Source: Ginglymostoma cirratum
Taxonomy: Eukaryota
DNA length: 64,000 nt
Assembly: GCA_024137785.1 (NCBI GenBank)
Contig: JAHRHZ010000009.1
Coordinates: 28,735,356-28,799,355, forward strand
Direction: 5' to 3'
Shown here: one piece after another, positions 39,705 to 51,830 of the stretch
Numbering within the stretch: position 1 is the stretch's first letter
Layout: each line of letters opens with the position of its first letter
Notes under the pieces: generated by a model
Told to the model about the DNA's origin: nothing
Seen by the model: only the letters and a program-made list of their open reading frames with translations
Databases searched by the model: none
Made by a program: the position numbers and the translations under genes

Positions 39705-40332
39705 TTCAGAGATAGTAGGAACTGCAGATGCTGGAGAGTCTGAGATAACAAGGTGTAGAGCTGGATGAACACAGCAGGCCGAGCAGGAAGGCTGACGTTT
39801 CGGGCCTAGACCCTTCTTCAGATTTCTGAAGAAGGGNNNNNNNNNNNNNNNNNNNNNNNNNNNNNNNNNNNNNNNNNNNNNNNNNNNNNNNNNNNNNNNN
39901 NNNNNNNNNNNNNNNNNNNNNNNNNNNNNNNNNNNNNNNNNNNNNNNNNNNNNNNNNNNNNNNNNNNNNNNNNNNNNNNNNNNNNNNNNNNNNNNNNNNN
40001 NNNNNNNNNNNNNNNNNNNNNNNNNNNNNNNNNNNNNNNNNNNNNNNNNNNNNNNNNNNNNNNNNNNNNNNNNNNNNNNNNNNNNNNNNNNNNNNNNNNN
40101 NNNNNNNNNNNNNNNNNNNNNNNNNNNNNNNNNNNNNNNNNNNNNNNNNNNNNNNNNNNNNNNNNNNNNNNNNNNNNNNNNNNNNNNNNNNNNNNNNNNN
40201 NNNNNNNNNNNNNNNNNNNNNNNNNNNNNNNNNNNNTTTCTGAAGAAGGGTCTAGGCCCGAAACGTCAGCCTTCCTGCTCCTCTGATGCTGCTTGGCCTG
40301 CTGTGTTCATCCAGCTCTACACCTTGTTATCT
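39705..40332. mobile_element. Palindromic PLE-end element (family P1) spanning a 400-N gap
   Basis: Inverted arms on either side of the gap. 17-bp TSD cagctctcc(a/g)gtgtagt at 39688-39704 and 40333-40349. Hammerhead cores on both strands. Confidence 0.9.
39837..40236. other. Assembly gap (400 N)
   Basis: Run of N. Confidence 1.
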
Positions 40333-42210
40333 CAGCTCTCCGGTGTAGTCTGTTCCAAAGATTCATCACTTTGAGTGAAGAAATTCCTCCTTATCTCAAT
40401 TGTAAGTGGCCTTGTATTTCTGAATGCAATCTCCTATGATTTTTCTGAACTCCGGACAATATAGATTATTTTAATTTAATTGTTCCTCATTGAATGAATG
40501 CTGCAGCCCAGGAATTAATTTGGTGAGCCAGCATTGCACTCTTTCTATGGCAAATGTACATTTCTATAGGGACGAGGACCAAAACTAGAAACAGTACTCC
40601 AGGTATGGCCTCACAAAGGTTCTACATAGTAGGGTTCTAGGTAATAAGACATCTTTACTCTTATACTCAAAAATACTCTAAAAGATGACTCTAACAATAG
40701 ATGACTCATCATTTGCCTTCCTAGTTGTTTTACCTGCATTTAGCTTTCAGTGACTGCTGAACAAGGACACCCAAGTCCTTTTGATGTTCAGCATTTCCCA
40801 GCCTCTCCATTATGGGCAGAATCTTCCCAATCCCTGAATGACATGGGAATATATGTTGATATTTGAAAAGCACAAATTTCCATGTCAAGAACTAAAAGCC
40901 AGACTTGCAATTAAGATTTGAACAGTGAAATGTGAATCTTGCTAATGAGTGGTGAAAGTTACTCTTGCATGAATTTGTGTGCTATGAGTACCTAATCCCA
41001 TATCAGTGATACGCAGTTTCCTATTCTCCCACAGCCAGATAGAAACTAGATGGTGACAAATTCCTAACATAAAAGAGTGAGTACTAGCTCACTGCTTGCA
41101 TGATTTGTCTGGGCCTCCATCTTGGACAGCAGTCATCAATGTACTGCCCATAGGCTCTATCTACAGAGGTTGTCATTGGCCACCCTTACCGCATCATGGC
41201 ACATCTCCAACTCCATTGCAATACAGTTCTCTTCAATGCTGCACTTTGGAGCACAGGAGAGTTGGCATGGAGGCACAAGCGCCAATTTCATGGATTGGAC
41301 CTTGATCCATCTCAGGGCTTTTCACTTTCTTGGTTGGCACTCTGACAGTGAGCCTCCTTAGATGCTCATATCATCTCCATTGGAAGGAATCGCCGAAGGG
41401 AAGTAATGCTGTCAGTCAGTCAAGGGAGGCCACCTTCAGTCGGGGTGGAGGTAGGTACCAGAGTCATAAGTCAAGAGCATTGTCTATTACCGTTCCAGGG
41501 GCTTGGACACGATCAGTCAACTTTGGGTGTTCACAGTCAGGAATCCATACTGCTACATTCTGGGGAGTGGACCACAGTCTGTCCTGCAGGTTCAGTTCAA
41601 CCAGTCTGAGGATTTATGGGAAATCAGTCAGGAAGCTGCATAGATATCACTTAGGGGTCTGCTTGCTCATTAGTCACTGCTCTCTCCAAGCTGGAGGCAT
41701 GGGTTATAGTCAGTCTAAAAGGTCTGTACTGAAAGATGAGGAATTATCAGGTCAATGCTAAGGTGTGCACATTGGGAAAGTCAGTTTTGGGGATTGGAGG
41801 CAGTATGCTGGGATGCAATAGGATAAATGTGAAGGTGGGGGAGATCTACATATAAGGTTGGGAGACAAAAGAACACAGGAGGGAAAAGTGTATTGCAGAA
41901 GAGGTGTCATTAACGGTCTCTACTCTGGTGTTCATAACAGTTAGTACATGACTGCACTGTATACCTGGGGGTTACGATAAAGTGGGAGCTGAGCAGTTTG
42001 GTTACAAAAGTTGGGTGTTAATGTAGGAAGATCAAAGCCGATGGGGTTGACAGAAGGGTTGGGGGTAGTCTTCCAACCTTCAAATCAGTTTTCTCCATGT
42101 CTGTGACAAACCTGCCTGCTGCTGTTATTACTGATGAAAGGTATGCATTTTGATATTGCCAGGATAACTTCGAATGCATTTCAGTTTTGTCCAAATGTGA
42201 CCAAAAGAGT

Positions 42211-42338
42211 TTCAGAGATAGCAGGAACTGCAGATGCTGGAGAATCTGAGATAACAAGGTGTAGAGCTGGAGGAATACAGCATCAGAGGAGCAGGAGCGC
42301 TTGACGTTTCGGGCCTAGACCCTTCTTCAGAAATCAGG
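42211..42338 (-). mobile_element. Single-arm PLE-end element (family P1)
   Basis: Same sequence family as the other P1 copies. Perfect 10-bp TSD ccaaaagagt at 42201-42210 and 42339-42348. Minus-strand core CTGAAGA-A-GGGTCTAGGCCC-GAAACGTC. Confidence 0.9.
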
Positions 42339-42349
42339 CCAAAAGAGTG

Positions 42350-42995
42350 AATTGTTGTGGTGAGCTGGATGATTGATATCAAAGCGGCATTAGCAGCCCT
42401 ACTAGAGCTGGTATCAATAAGAATTGAGAGAAAACATTCATTGGTTGGAATTACACATAGTATAAAAAGCAGATAATGGCTGTTGGAAGCTGATCACTTC
42501 ACCTCCATGTCGCTATGAGTTCTGCAAACCAACTATCTTTACTTCCCTCAATAATCTTTCAGCATCATAAAGTCAGTTACATAGTGTTCACTTCAATTCA
42601 CTCCTCCAAGTCCCAGGCAGCTCATACCTGGAAGATCTGGACACCATTCAAGTTAAGGAATGGCAAATAATAAGTGCTGGCAAATAACAGGTGCCAGCCT
42701 ATAACAACTCCAACAAAAGAGAGTATAACTAAATTCCCTTGACATTAAATGGCATGGTCATCCTCCAAATCCCTCAACCCCTTAGCAGGCATAAGGTTTG
42801 CATTGACTAGAAACTGAATTCAACAAGCCAATCAAATGCTTTAGCCACCGGAGGTTAGGTATTCTGCAGTAGGTGAACAAGTTCTTGAGTCTACACAGAA
42901 TTTTCATCATGGACAAGTCTTGGGTCCAGAATGTGATGCAATAATCCCCATTTAGCTGGTTGAGTATTGCCAATGTGGTCTGGCTGTGTTGTGTC
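42350..42995 (+). mobile_element. Degraded LINE family B RT fragment (may resume at about 43750)
   Basis: ttgatatcaaagcggcatt (DIKAAF-like), cccttgacattaaatggc and gactagaaactgaa, similar to 11430-12265. Confidence 0.55.
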
Positions 42996-43009
42996 CTATC
43001 TACAAACAA

Positions 43010-43747
43010 AAAAGTAGGCCGATTACTACCTGAATGGCTGTAAATTGGGAGAGGGGAGTGCGCAGCAGGACTTGGGTGCCCTTGTGCACCATTCGCTAAA
43101 GGTAAGCATGTAGATGCAGCAGCAGTAAAGAAGGCGAATGGTATGTTAGCAGGATGTGTTGTTGCAGTTGTACAGGGCTTTGGTGAGACCACGCCTGGAA
43201 TATTGTGTGCAATTTCAGTATCTTTTTCTGAGGAAGGATGCTCTTGCTTTTTGGGAGTAGAGTGAGGGTTTATCAGGCTGATTCCGGGGATGGCGGGTCT
43301 GATGTATGAGGAAAGATTGAATGGTTGGGATTGGTTTTGCTAGAGTTCAGATGAATGAGGGGGATCTCATAGAGATTTATAAAATTGTCACAGGACTAGG
43401 CAGGGTAGATGCAGTGAAAATGTTCCTGATGGTGGGTGTGTGCAGAACCAGGGGTCACAATATGAGGATTTGGATAGATGATTTAAGATGGAGTTGAGGA
43501 GACATTCCTTCACTCAAAGAGTGGTGAGCCTGTGGAATTCATTACCACAGGAAGTAGTTGATGCCAAAACGTTGACGGTATTCAAGAGGCGACTATATAT
43601 AGCACTTAGGGTGAATGGGATTGAAGGTTATGGGGAGAAAGCAGGATTAGACTATCGAGTTATTAGCCATGATCATGAAGAATGACAGATCAGGCTCAAA
43701 GGGCTGAATGGCCTCCTCCTGCTCCTATCTGCTTTGTTTCTATGTTT
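43010..43747 (+). mobile_element. CR1 LINE 3' end
   Basis: LYRALVRPRLEYCVQF, FTQRVVSLWNSLPQEVV and tail gggctgaatggcctcctcctgctcctatc...tttctatgttt. Confidence 0.9.
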
Positions 43748-44313
43748 ACAAGATGCATTGCTTCAACTCATGAAGACTTTTTCAGACGTGCCCTCGACTT
43801 CATGCTCACTGCTGCCTAGAATAGGATTGTCCAAGTGTTTTGCAGGGGGGAGGTACCTTTCAATACTTCACACCTAGGGGGATGGAGGCAGTGACAACAT
43901 TTCAGCAACAATAAATGTGAATTTCTAAAAACAATCAAGGCAATAAATTGGTAATTTAAATGAGTAATTAATAAAAATGAACATTAAAAGTTCCTAACAA
44001 CAGAGCTAATAATAAAAAAAAACTGAAAGGCTGCAGATGCTGGAAATCTGAATCAAAAATAAAAATTGCTGGAAAATCTCAATGGACCTGGCAGCATCTG
44101 TGGAGAGAATTCAAAGTTAGCATTTCAGGCCCAGTGACTCTTCTTCCAAACTGATGGTAGCTAGGAAGAGCATGGGTTTTATGCAGAAGATAGCATGGGG
44201 GGGGAGGTGGGACAAGTGTAAACAATAGCTGGTGGTAGAGCCAAAGAGAGAGAAAGACAGTTGGAAAGGCAAAAGGGTGACCAAAGACCAGCATACGAGA
44301 TTGAATAGCTGCA

Positions 44314-44610
44314 AATCATAGAATCTCTACAGTGTGGAAACAGGCCCTTCAGCCCAATAAGCCCCCACCCAAAACCATCCCCATATAACATACCAAATGT
44401 TCAAATCCCTGAACACTATGGGCAATTTAGCATTGCCAATCCACCTAGCCTACATATCTTTGGACTGTGGGAGGAAACCAGAGCACCTGGCAGAAACCCA
44501 CACAGACACAGGGAGAATGTGCAAACTCCACACAGACAGTTACCCAAGGCTGGAATTGAACCCAGGTCCCCAGTACTGTGAGGCAGCAGTGCTAACCACT
44601 GGGTCACTGT
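44314..44610 (-). mobile_element. HE1-like V-SINE nested in the PLE
   Basis: Reverse-complement head, V-domain and tail (atcatagaatctctacagtgtggaaacaggccc). Confidence 0.9.
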
Positions 44611-45265
44611 TAGTAGTTGACAATGGGTTGTGTGTGGCAGCAGCCTGTGCGATGACAAGGCCTGGTGTGTAGGGGTGAGGGAAACCATGGGCAAAGGTGT
44701 GAAGCCCTAAAATTGTTGAATGTGATATTAAGTCCAGAAGGATGCAAGATTTCCAACCAGAAAATGAAGTGCTGTTCTTCCAGCTTGCACTGAGCTTCAC
44801 TGGAGCACTGCAGCAAGCCTGAGATGGAGATGTTGGCCAGAGGATATGGCGGTGTGTTGAAGTGACAAGCAACTGGAAGCTCAAGGTGACTCTTGCAGAC
44901 AGAACGTGGGAGTTCTGCGAAGCAGTCCCCCAGTCTACGCTTCATTTCCCCAATGTAGAGGAGACGACATTGTGTGCAGCAAATGCAGTGGACTAGATTG
45001 AGTGAAGTTCAGGTAAAGTGTTACTTAGCCCGGAAGATGTGTTTGGGGCCTTGGATACTGAGGAGGGAGTAAATAAACGGGAAGGTGTTTCACCTTCTAC
45101 AATTGCAAGGGATGTGACTGTGGGGACGTGATGGGAGTGAAGGAGGAGTGGACTGGGGTGTCCTGTAGAGAACTGCCCTTGCAGAAGGCTGACAAGGGAG
45201 GGGAGGGGAATATTTGTCTGGGAAAAAAAAAATGCATTAAAAACCATGCTTTTCCAAGCTACTGT

Positions 45266-45305
45266 CAGTTCTGAAGAAGGGTCACTGGACCTGAAACATT
45301 AACTG
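45266..45305 (+). ncRNA. Minimal type I hammerhead ribozyme motif in inverted PLE repeat
   Basis: CAGTT-CTGAAGA-A-GGGTC(actg)GACCT-GAAAC-ATT-AACTG: 5-bp stem I and 5-bp stem II. Confidence 0.65.
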
Positions 45306-45709
45306 TGATTTCGCTCCACAGATGGTGCCAGACCTGCTGAGATTTTCCACCAATTTCTGTTCTCATTTGTAATAAAATGGTTTGTTGTCATCTTGATTAA
45401 AAAGTAGAGTTACAGAGAGGCAAATTAGGCCCCAACTCCTATTTCCAGAGAAGGGGTTGGGGACCGGTCTTTATCTAAGGGTTTCAGTTCAACAAATACA
45501 GACCCTGCTGCACCTCTAGTGATACGCACACTCCCTGACCACTGTAATGGATTTCATATGAAAGTTGTACAAAGATGTTTGAAATAGATTGCCTTCAGCT
45601 GGATGTCTCCTCATTCCCTAGCCTGTTTTGTCAATAGGCTATTTTTTTTGGGGGGTGTGAGGAAGAGAGCAAGAGTGTGTGAATATCCATCTCACACTCA
45701 GTCACAGGG

Positions 45710-45935
45710 TTCATAAGACCATAAAATGTATGACTAGAATTAGGCCATTGACCCATTGAGTCTCTCTGCTATTTGATCATGGCTGATATGTTTCTCGGCC
45801 CCTTTCTCCCGCCTTCTCGCTGCTATCCTTAATCTGCTTGTTATTCAAGATCTTGATGTCTTAAATGTACTCAATGACTTGGCCTTCACAGTCTTCTGCA
45901 GAAATGAGTTCTACAGATTAACCACCTTTTGGTTC
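45710..45935 (-). mobile_element. CR1 LINE 3' end
   Basis: cataagaccataaaatg...gaattaggccatt tail and gagttctacagattaaccacc. Confidence 0.75.
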
Positions 45936-45964
45936 AATCGCCCCCTTCTCTCATGCACTATCTT

Positions 45965-46303
45965 CACAGGGCAGGTAATTCAGGGGCCCAGATTAATGCT
46001 TTGTAGACACTGCCATCATTGCAGTTGATTGAACTTGGATTGAATTAATGAAAAAAGAACTATGAAGCTAGACTTGATAATGGTGCCATGAAACTACCAT
46101 CCATTGTTGTTAAGACCCATCTGGTTCACCAAAGTCCTTCAGGAAAGGATATCTGACAACCTTGTCCGGCTTACACGTGACTCCAGACCTTCAGCAATAT
46201 GGTTGACATTAAAATACCCTTTGAAATGACCCAGCTAGGTAATGAACAACAAATGCTTGCCCTGACATTGATGCCTACATCCCATGAGAGAGGCATGAAA
46301 AAA
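45965..46303 (+). mobile_element. SINE family B copy
   Basis: Core acccatctggttcaccaaagtccttcaggaaagga...gtgactccagacc...ggttgac and tail cctacatcccatga. Confidence 0.75.
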
Positions 46304-46304
46304 T

Positions 46305-46580
46305 TCTCACTCCCCCTCTCAAACACTCTCTCCCTCCATGTCCAACACATACTGTCTTCTCGGTCCCTTCCATGTGCCTACACTGTCCATCCCTCACATA
46401 CACACTCTTCCTCACACACTATCCATCTCCTCCCCTCACACACTTTCTCCCTCTCTCCCATAGTCTCTAACACACACTCTATCTTTCCCTTCCCCCAATT
46501 CCCTCTCCCTCCGATGCTCACCGACTCTCCCTTGTTCCTGGTCTCCATCTCCCTGACAGGTGCGCGCACACACACACACA
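46305..46580. repeat. CT/CA-rich low-complexity tract
   Basis: Degenerate ctct/caca units ending in (ca)n. Confidence 0.7.
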
Positions 46581-47205
46581 AATTCTTTCCCTGTCTCACT
46601 AATGGACTCATTCCTTCATACCATCTCGCTGGGCCCATGAAGCTTAAACATTTGCACAATTGTCTTGTAGTACTTCCACCTCTTCCTGTCTCACACCTTA
46701 CTGCATGGGGCAGTGGCTGTTTCTGCCTCTTCATATCACCATGGCTTTCCTGGCCTGCACTGTCATGTTGTGCTCCTTTCCAGACCTCAGTGGCTGCGCA
46801 GTCAGTTGAGTGGAAACAGGGCCACACACAGAAAGAATGGCCCCTGTGGCGACTGAAGAGGAGCCACTGACCTGCTCGCTGTTGGCTTCTCGACTATAAC
46901 GGGCCATTGTCTCCGTGGAAAACGTAGCAACAGTAAATGCCAATTCTGACCCATAAGCCACCCCTTGGAAAAGGGAAACTGTGGCACTACCACCACTTGG
47001 CCAGTTCCTGCCCAATCACAGGCCACGCTGAATTCAAAATATGTTTCCATTCCTTAATTGCCACTGGATTAAAATCATGGATGTCCTTACCAAATAAGGC
47101 TGAGGATCACAAACACTGCAATGTTTCTGAAGATGGCTCACTACCACTATCACTATATAAATAAGTATAAGAATAGGCAGTAAGTGCTGCCTAGTCAGTG
47201 ATAAC

Positions 47206-47441
47206 TAAAATAATTCCACAGAGGCTGGTATCCGTTCACCAAGTCACCCTTTATTTACATGTGCATGGTACTTGACACTGGTCTGGCTTCCTCAGAGCCA
47301 GCTCTCAGACAGAACAGAACCCTTGACACTCCTGTTTATATCTGTCAGCCAGGGCTCCCTGATTGGACAGGGTTAACAGCCCCAATCAGGGAACTCATAT
47401 TCTATGAGGTACAACTGGCTGACATAATTACAATCACTAAA
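47206..47441 (-). mobile_element. Solo LTR (236 bp) with 5-bp TSD
   Basis: ATAAC at 47201-47205 and 47442-47446. Minus strand has CCAAT boxes, TATAAA, then AATAAA in LTR order. Termini read TA...AA rather than TG...CA. It interrupts a family-B tail. Confidence 0.8.
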
Positions 47442-47859
47442 ATAACGACATCCCATAAATTAATATTATAAACATTGTAACACTGTAACTAAAACATAAT
47501 GATAGTAAGAAAATTCAATGGTTTTTGTTTTTGCTAAAGCGTCATTAAGTAATTTACTAATTGCAATTACTGCTATCATGAAATAAGTAACGCCACAGCA
47601 ACAGGTGACAGAAATTCCCATTACAGTAACACTAATGCCTAAAGGGTTTCCCCACAAAGTTCACCTTCCACCAAATCTTGCTGTTGTGTACTGAAACTCA
47701 TATTGAAACAGATGCCAACTGTTTATTACAGATACACTTGAAGTGTCACAAACTGCATGTGGTCATCTGCAGGGCATTATTTCATCAGTGATGCTTGTGA
47801 TTTAATGTACCAGGGATTACATATAAATCCTGAGTAATCAGAATGCAGGGTTTGTATTA

Positions 47860-48290
47860 GCAAAGTATGTCTGTGTGATGCCTATAAGATAGTAAAAGAC
47901 CCAAAGAGTTTTACAGGAGTATTGTCAGACAAAACTTGACACTAAGCCATATAAAAAGGTATTAGAATAAGTGACCAAAAGCTTGGTTAAAAATGTAGAT
48001 TTTAAAATGTGCCTTAATAGAGGGGAAAGAGGGACGGCTTTCAGAACTCACGGCTTAAACAGCTGAAGGCACAACTGGAAACGGTAGGGCAATGGGGATA
48101 GGAGAGTAGAGAAAGTACTGTATTAGAGAACAGCTGTCATCATGGAGGGGCTGGAAGCCACAGAAAGTTAGAATCACAAGGACGAAATATTTAGATTTCA
48201 GGCATTCATGAACTGGGCCTCAAAGTCCTAGCATTATAATAGTAGATGTATGAGGCTTGATGTGAGTACATGTAGCATATCAAATATTGA
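47860..48290 (-). mobile_element. Degraded L2-like LINE 3' fragment
   Basis: gtgaccaaaagcttggttaaaaatgtagattttaaaatgtgcctta and cttaaacagctgaaggcac resemble the reverse complement of an L2-type 3' end. Confidence 0.45.
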
Positions 48291-49064
48291 AAACCACTGC
48301 TTCACGATATTTTGTGAGTGAAGGAAAATTATTCCATTTGATTCTGTTGTGACTACTTGAGCTTAGTTGTCTTTGCATTCGTTCTTTATAGCTGTCCTGT
48401 CCAACTTTGCTATTCTAACTTATCTGTGCATGATTTAATTGCAATTGTCATGACGATGATCAGAGCCTGAAGAACAAAGGACATTTTAAACTTTTAATTC
48501 CAAAATATTTTTTTTTAAACAGGACTGCTACAGACAAAGAAGAAAGATTGCAGATGTAAACTGAATTGCTTTGTGTCAAAGTCCTGTGTGGGACCCATGA
48601 AATGTTGCATCTATAGTGTGTCAGGGAAACTTAAAACTGAGAGAGCCTTAAAGGAAGAGATAAAGACCCTTGCCCACTCTCGGCAGAAAGCTACCTCTTG
48701 CAGTCAGTTTTTTGTGTTTTGCCAATTCCAGAAATATGTAAGAAAAACTGATTTTAGTCTGTTTAAGTGTGTTTATTGAAGAAGGGTGTTCCAGTGAAAG
48801 AATATGGGATAATGAACTTAGGATCATGTACACTAGCCTGGATTTGAATTCTAATGTGCTGTGATGGTCACAGTCGAAGAGGAATCCACTTGACACCCCT
48901 GCACTGCAGGTAAAGATAATTTCTTATTCTGAATACTAGAAGCCAAAATGCCAACAAACCAGTCAAAACGAAACAGGACAATGAAGAACTGTCTCACTCT
49001 ATGCATTGCCAGTCAACCACAATCAAAGGATCTAAAAAGTTCAGCTCCATTATTAAAATAGATA

Positions 49065-51360
49065 TGGCACTTAGGTCAAAATTCTTGAAGACAGCAGAAT
49101 AGGCTGATAAGGTGATAAAGAAGGTATACAGGATATTTATCATTACTCACTGAGGCATAGGGCAGAGTGGCCATGCTAGAACTGTAAGCAACTGTAACTT
49201 GAGCTGGACCGCAGCTAGAGTACTGAATAATTGCATTAAACAAAGGTTATCACATGAGAGAGTGCAGAGAGGAAATTTGTGAGTTATTTTGTTTGTATTG
49301 TAAAATTGAAGCTATGGTAAAGGTTTGGGAAGGCTGCAGAAATTTAGGAGACAGGAATTATTGTCTTGTAAGGTTCAGGATGATGGTGGCGAATGACAAG
49401 TATCATTCCGGACCAAGAAAAATCAATTGGTGGAGAGCTGACTTCAATGGGACAAGGATGGATATGGGCAGGATTGACTGGAATGAGAGGTTGGTGGAAA
49501 AAGCTGTTAACTGAACAGCAAGCTACCTTCAAAAAGAGGTGGTTCAGGTGCAGTCGAGGAATATTGCCTCAACTGGGAAAGGTAGGACAAGCAAATCCAG
49601 AGCTCCCTGGATGACAAAGCCGATAAAAATTAAGCTAATGAAGTAAAACTCAGGTGCCAGGTAGAAAATAAAATTGAGAACCGAAAGGTTTACAGAAAAT
49701 TTAGAAGGCAGGTGAAAAAACAAATAAGAGAAAGGAAGATGAATTATGAGAAAAGACTGGCAGCCAAAGTAAAGGGATGTCATAAAGTTTTCTATAGGTA
49801 CATAAATAGTAGGAGAGTGGTGAAAGGAGGAGAAGGGCCAATCATAGACAAAAATGGAATTAAAACATGACCAAATTGTTGAAGGAATAAGTGGCATCTG
49901 TCTTTACCAAAGAGAAAGATGCCACCCAGGTCACTGTGCCTGAGGAGGAAACTCTGTCACTAGAAGAGCTCACCCCTCGGTCTCTTGATGTTCCAGGAAA
50001 AAAAGTCCCAGCCTATTCAACCTTTCCTTATAACTCAAAACCTCCAGTTCCAGCATTATCCTTGCAACTTTATTTTTTCTGCGCCCTTTCAATTTAACAA
50101 CATCTTTTGTATAGCGGGGTGACCAGAATTGTACACAGTTTTCCAAAATTGGCCTCACTAATGTCCTGCACAGCCACAACAGGATGCTCCCGCTCCATTT
50201 TCATTGCTCTTGACCAATGAAGGCAATTGTGCCATTCGCCTTCTTCACCACTCCGTCTACCTGTGATGCCACTTTCAAAGGAACTACGCACCTGTGACAA
50301 GGAACTGGGACTGGAAGAGATGCATCCAAGCATTTTGAAGGAAATGACTGTAGAGATGGAAGACCACTGGCAATAATCTTTCAGTTTTCCCTACAGTCTG
50401 GGAGTTGCCAGAAGACTGAAAGATTGCGAACACTGCAGCCTTGCTCAAGAAAGGTTGGAAGTGTTTCTTATACTGACATAATATTAACGATCCGGATCTT
50501 GGTTTGGAGGAAGCAATTTCAAAGTTTACAGATGACATGAAGATTAGACTAGTTGTAAACTGTGAGAAAAACACTGTGGAATTCCAAAAAAACATTGATA
50601 GGTTGGTGGAAAAGGTGGTAAATGACATTCAATACAGAGAAGTGTACTTTGATGCAGTCTGCTAGAAGAACATTAAGAGACAATCTAAAATGGTGAGTAT
50701 AATTCTAAAGGGGGTGCAGAAGAAGAGGGACCTGGGTGTACATGTGTACAGATCATTAAAGGTAACAGGACAGTTAGAGAGAGCAGTTAGAAAAAGTATA
50801 CAGTATCCTGGGCTTTATTAACAGGGAGACAGAGTACAAGAGTAAGGAGGTGATGTTGAACTTGTGCAAAACACTTGGTTAATGTCAACTGGAGTATTTT
50901 ATGCAGTTCTGGTGCCACATTATAGCAAGATGTGAATATATTGGAGAGATTGCAGACGTGATTTACTAGAATGGTTTGAGGAATAAGAGCCTTCAGTTAT
51001 GAGGACAGATTGAAGAGGTTGAGTCTGTTCTCCTCAGAGAGAAGAAAGCTGAGAGGAGATTTGAAAGAAGTTTTCAGAATCATGAGTGGGTTGAATGGAG
51101 TAGATAGGGAGAGACTGTTCCCACTCATACCAGGATCAAGATCCAGAGGGTACAGTTTCAAAGTGATTTGCAAACAAAGCAAATGCAAGGTAATAAAATA
51201 ACTTTTTCACTCAGTAAATGTTAGGGTGTGGAGTATATTGCATGGAAATTTGCTGGATGCATGTTCATTGAACCCTTTAAGAAGGAATTGCACGATTATT
51301 TGGATGGAAATAATGTGGGGAGAAGCAGGAGATTGGCAATAGGTGATGATGTTCATTTAA
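49065..51360 (+). mobile_element. CR1 LINE ORF2 (deleted/degraded) with an antisense CR1 piece at about 49970-50295; tail resumes at about 51850-51905
   Basis: WRADFNG, ASVFTKE, KFTDDMK and LFSSERRKLRGDLKEVFRIM. The nested minus piece reads TLVRPILENCVQFWSP. Confidence 0.85.
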
Positions 51361-51371
51361 GCAAGAATAAG

Positions 51372-51830
51372 AACTAGCAGCAGGAGTGCCCTCTAGCCTG
51401 CTCTGCTATTTCATATGATCGTGGTTGATCTCGCCTCAGCCTAAAACCCGACTTTCCAGCCTCCTGTTCCCCATAACTTTCTAACCGGTTGCTAATTAAA
51501 AATATGTCTACCACCTCTTTAAATTTATTCAGTCCCTGGTATCCATTGCACTCTGATATATTTAATTCCACAGAATCGTGACTCTTGGAGAGAAGTAATT
51601 TCTCATATCTGTTTTAAATCTGTCACCCCTTAGCCTAAACCTTTGGCATCCTGTTCTAGATTGCCAGACTGGGAAACACCTAATCTGCATCTACTTTGTC
51701 AATCCCCTTTAGCTTCTTATATACCTCAATTACATCTCTTCTCATTCTTATAAACTCTCGCAAGTGTGGGCCTAAACTGGTCAATATCTCCTCATAAGAC
51801 AAGCCTTTCACCTCTGGAATTTACCTAGTG
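51372..51830 (-). mobile_element. CR1 LINE 3' end
   Basis: agcaggagtg...tgatcgtggttgatct tail and tcttctcattcttataaactc (EFxRMRRD on the minus strand). Confidence 0.8.

Larger units (their letters stand above)
39530..40810 (-). mobile_element. CR1 LINE 3' portion interrupted by a P1 palindrome
   Basis: Tail gacataagaaatagatgtggagtaagccat and body gaccaaaactagaaacagtactccagg; sequence is continuous across the TSD of the insert. Confidence 0.8.
44021..45368 (-). mobile_element. 5'-truncated Penelope-like element with inverted terminal-repeat copy
   Basis: Minus-strand GIY-YIG remnant (LYIGEMKRRLGDCFAE...KLEEQHFIF). Terminal repeat at 44021-44185 with an inverted copy at about 45235-45368. Confidence 0.9.

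Noticed and set aside
46199-46870. 223-aa and 149-aa ORFs
   Set aside because: They span a SINE tail and a CT/CA low-complexity tract that lacks stop codons; no recognisable domain.
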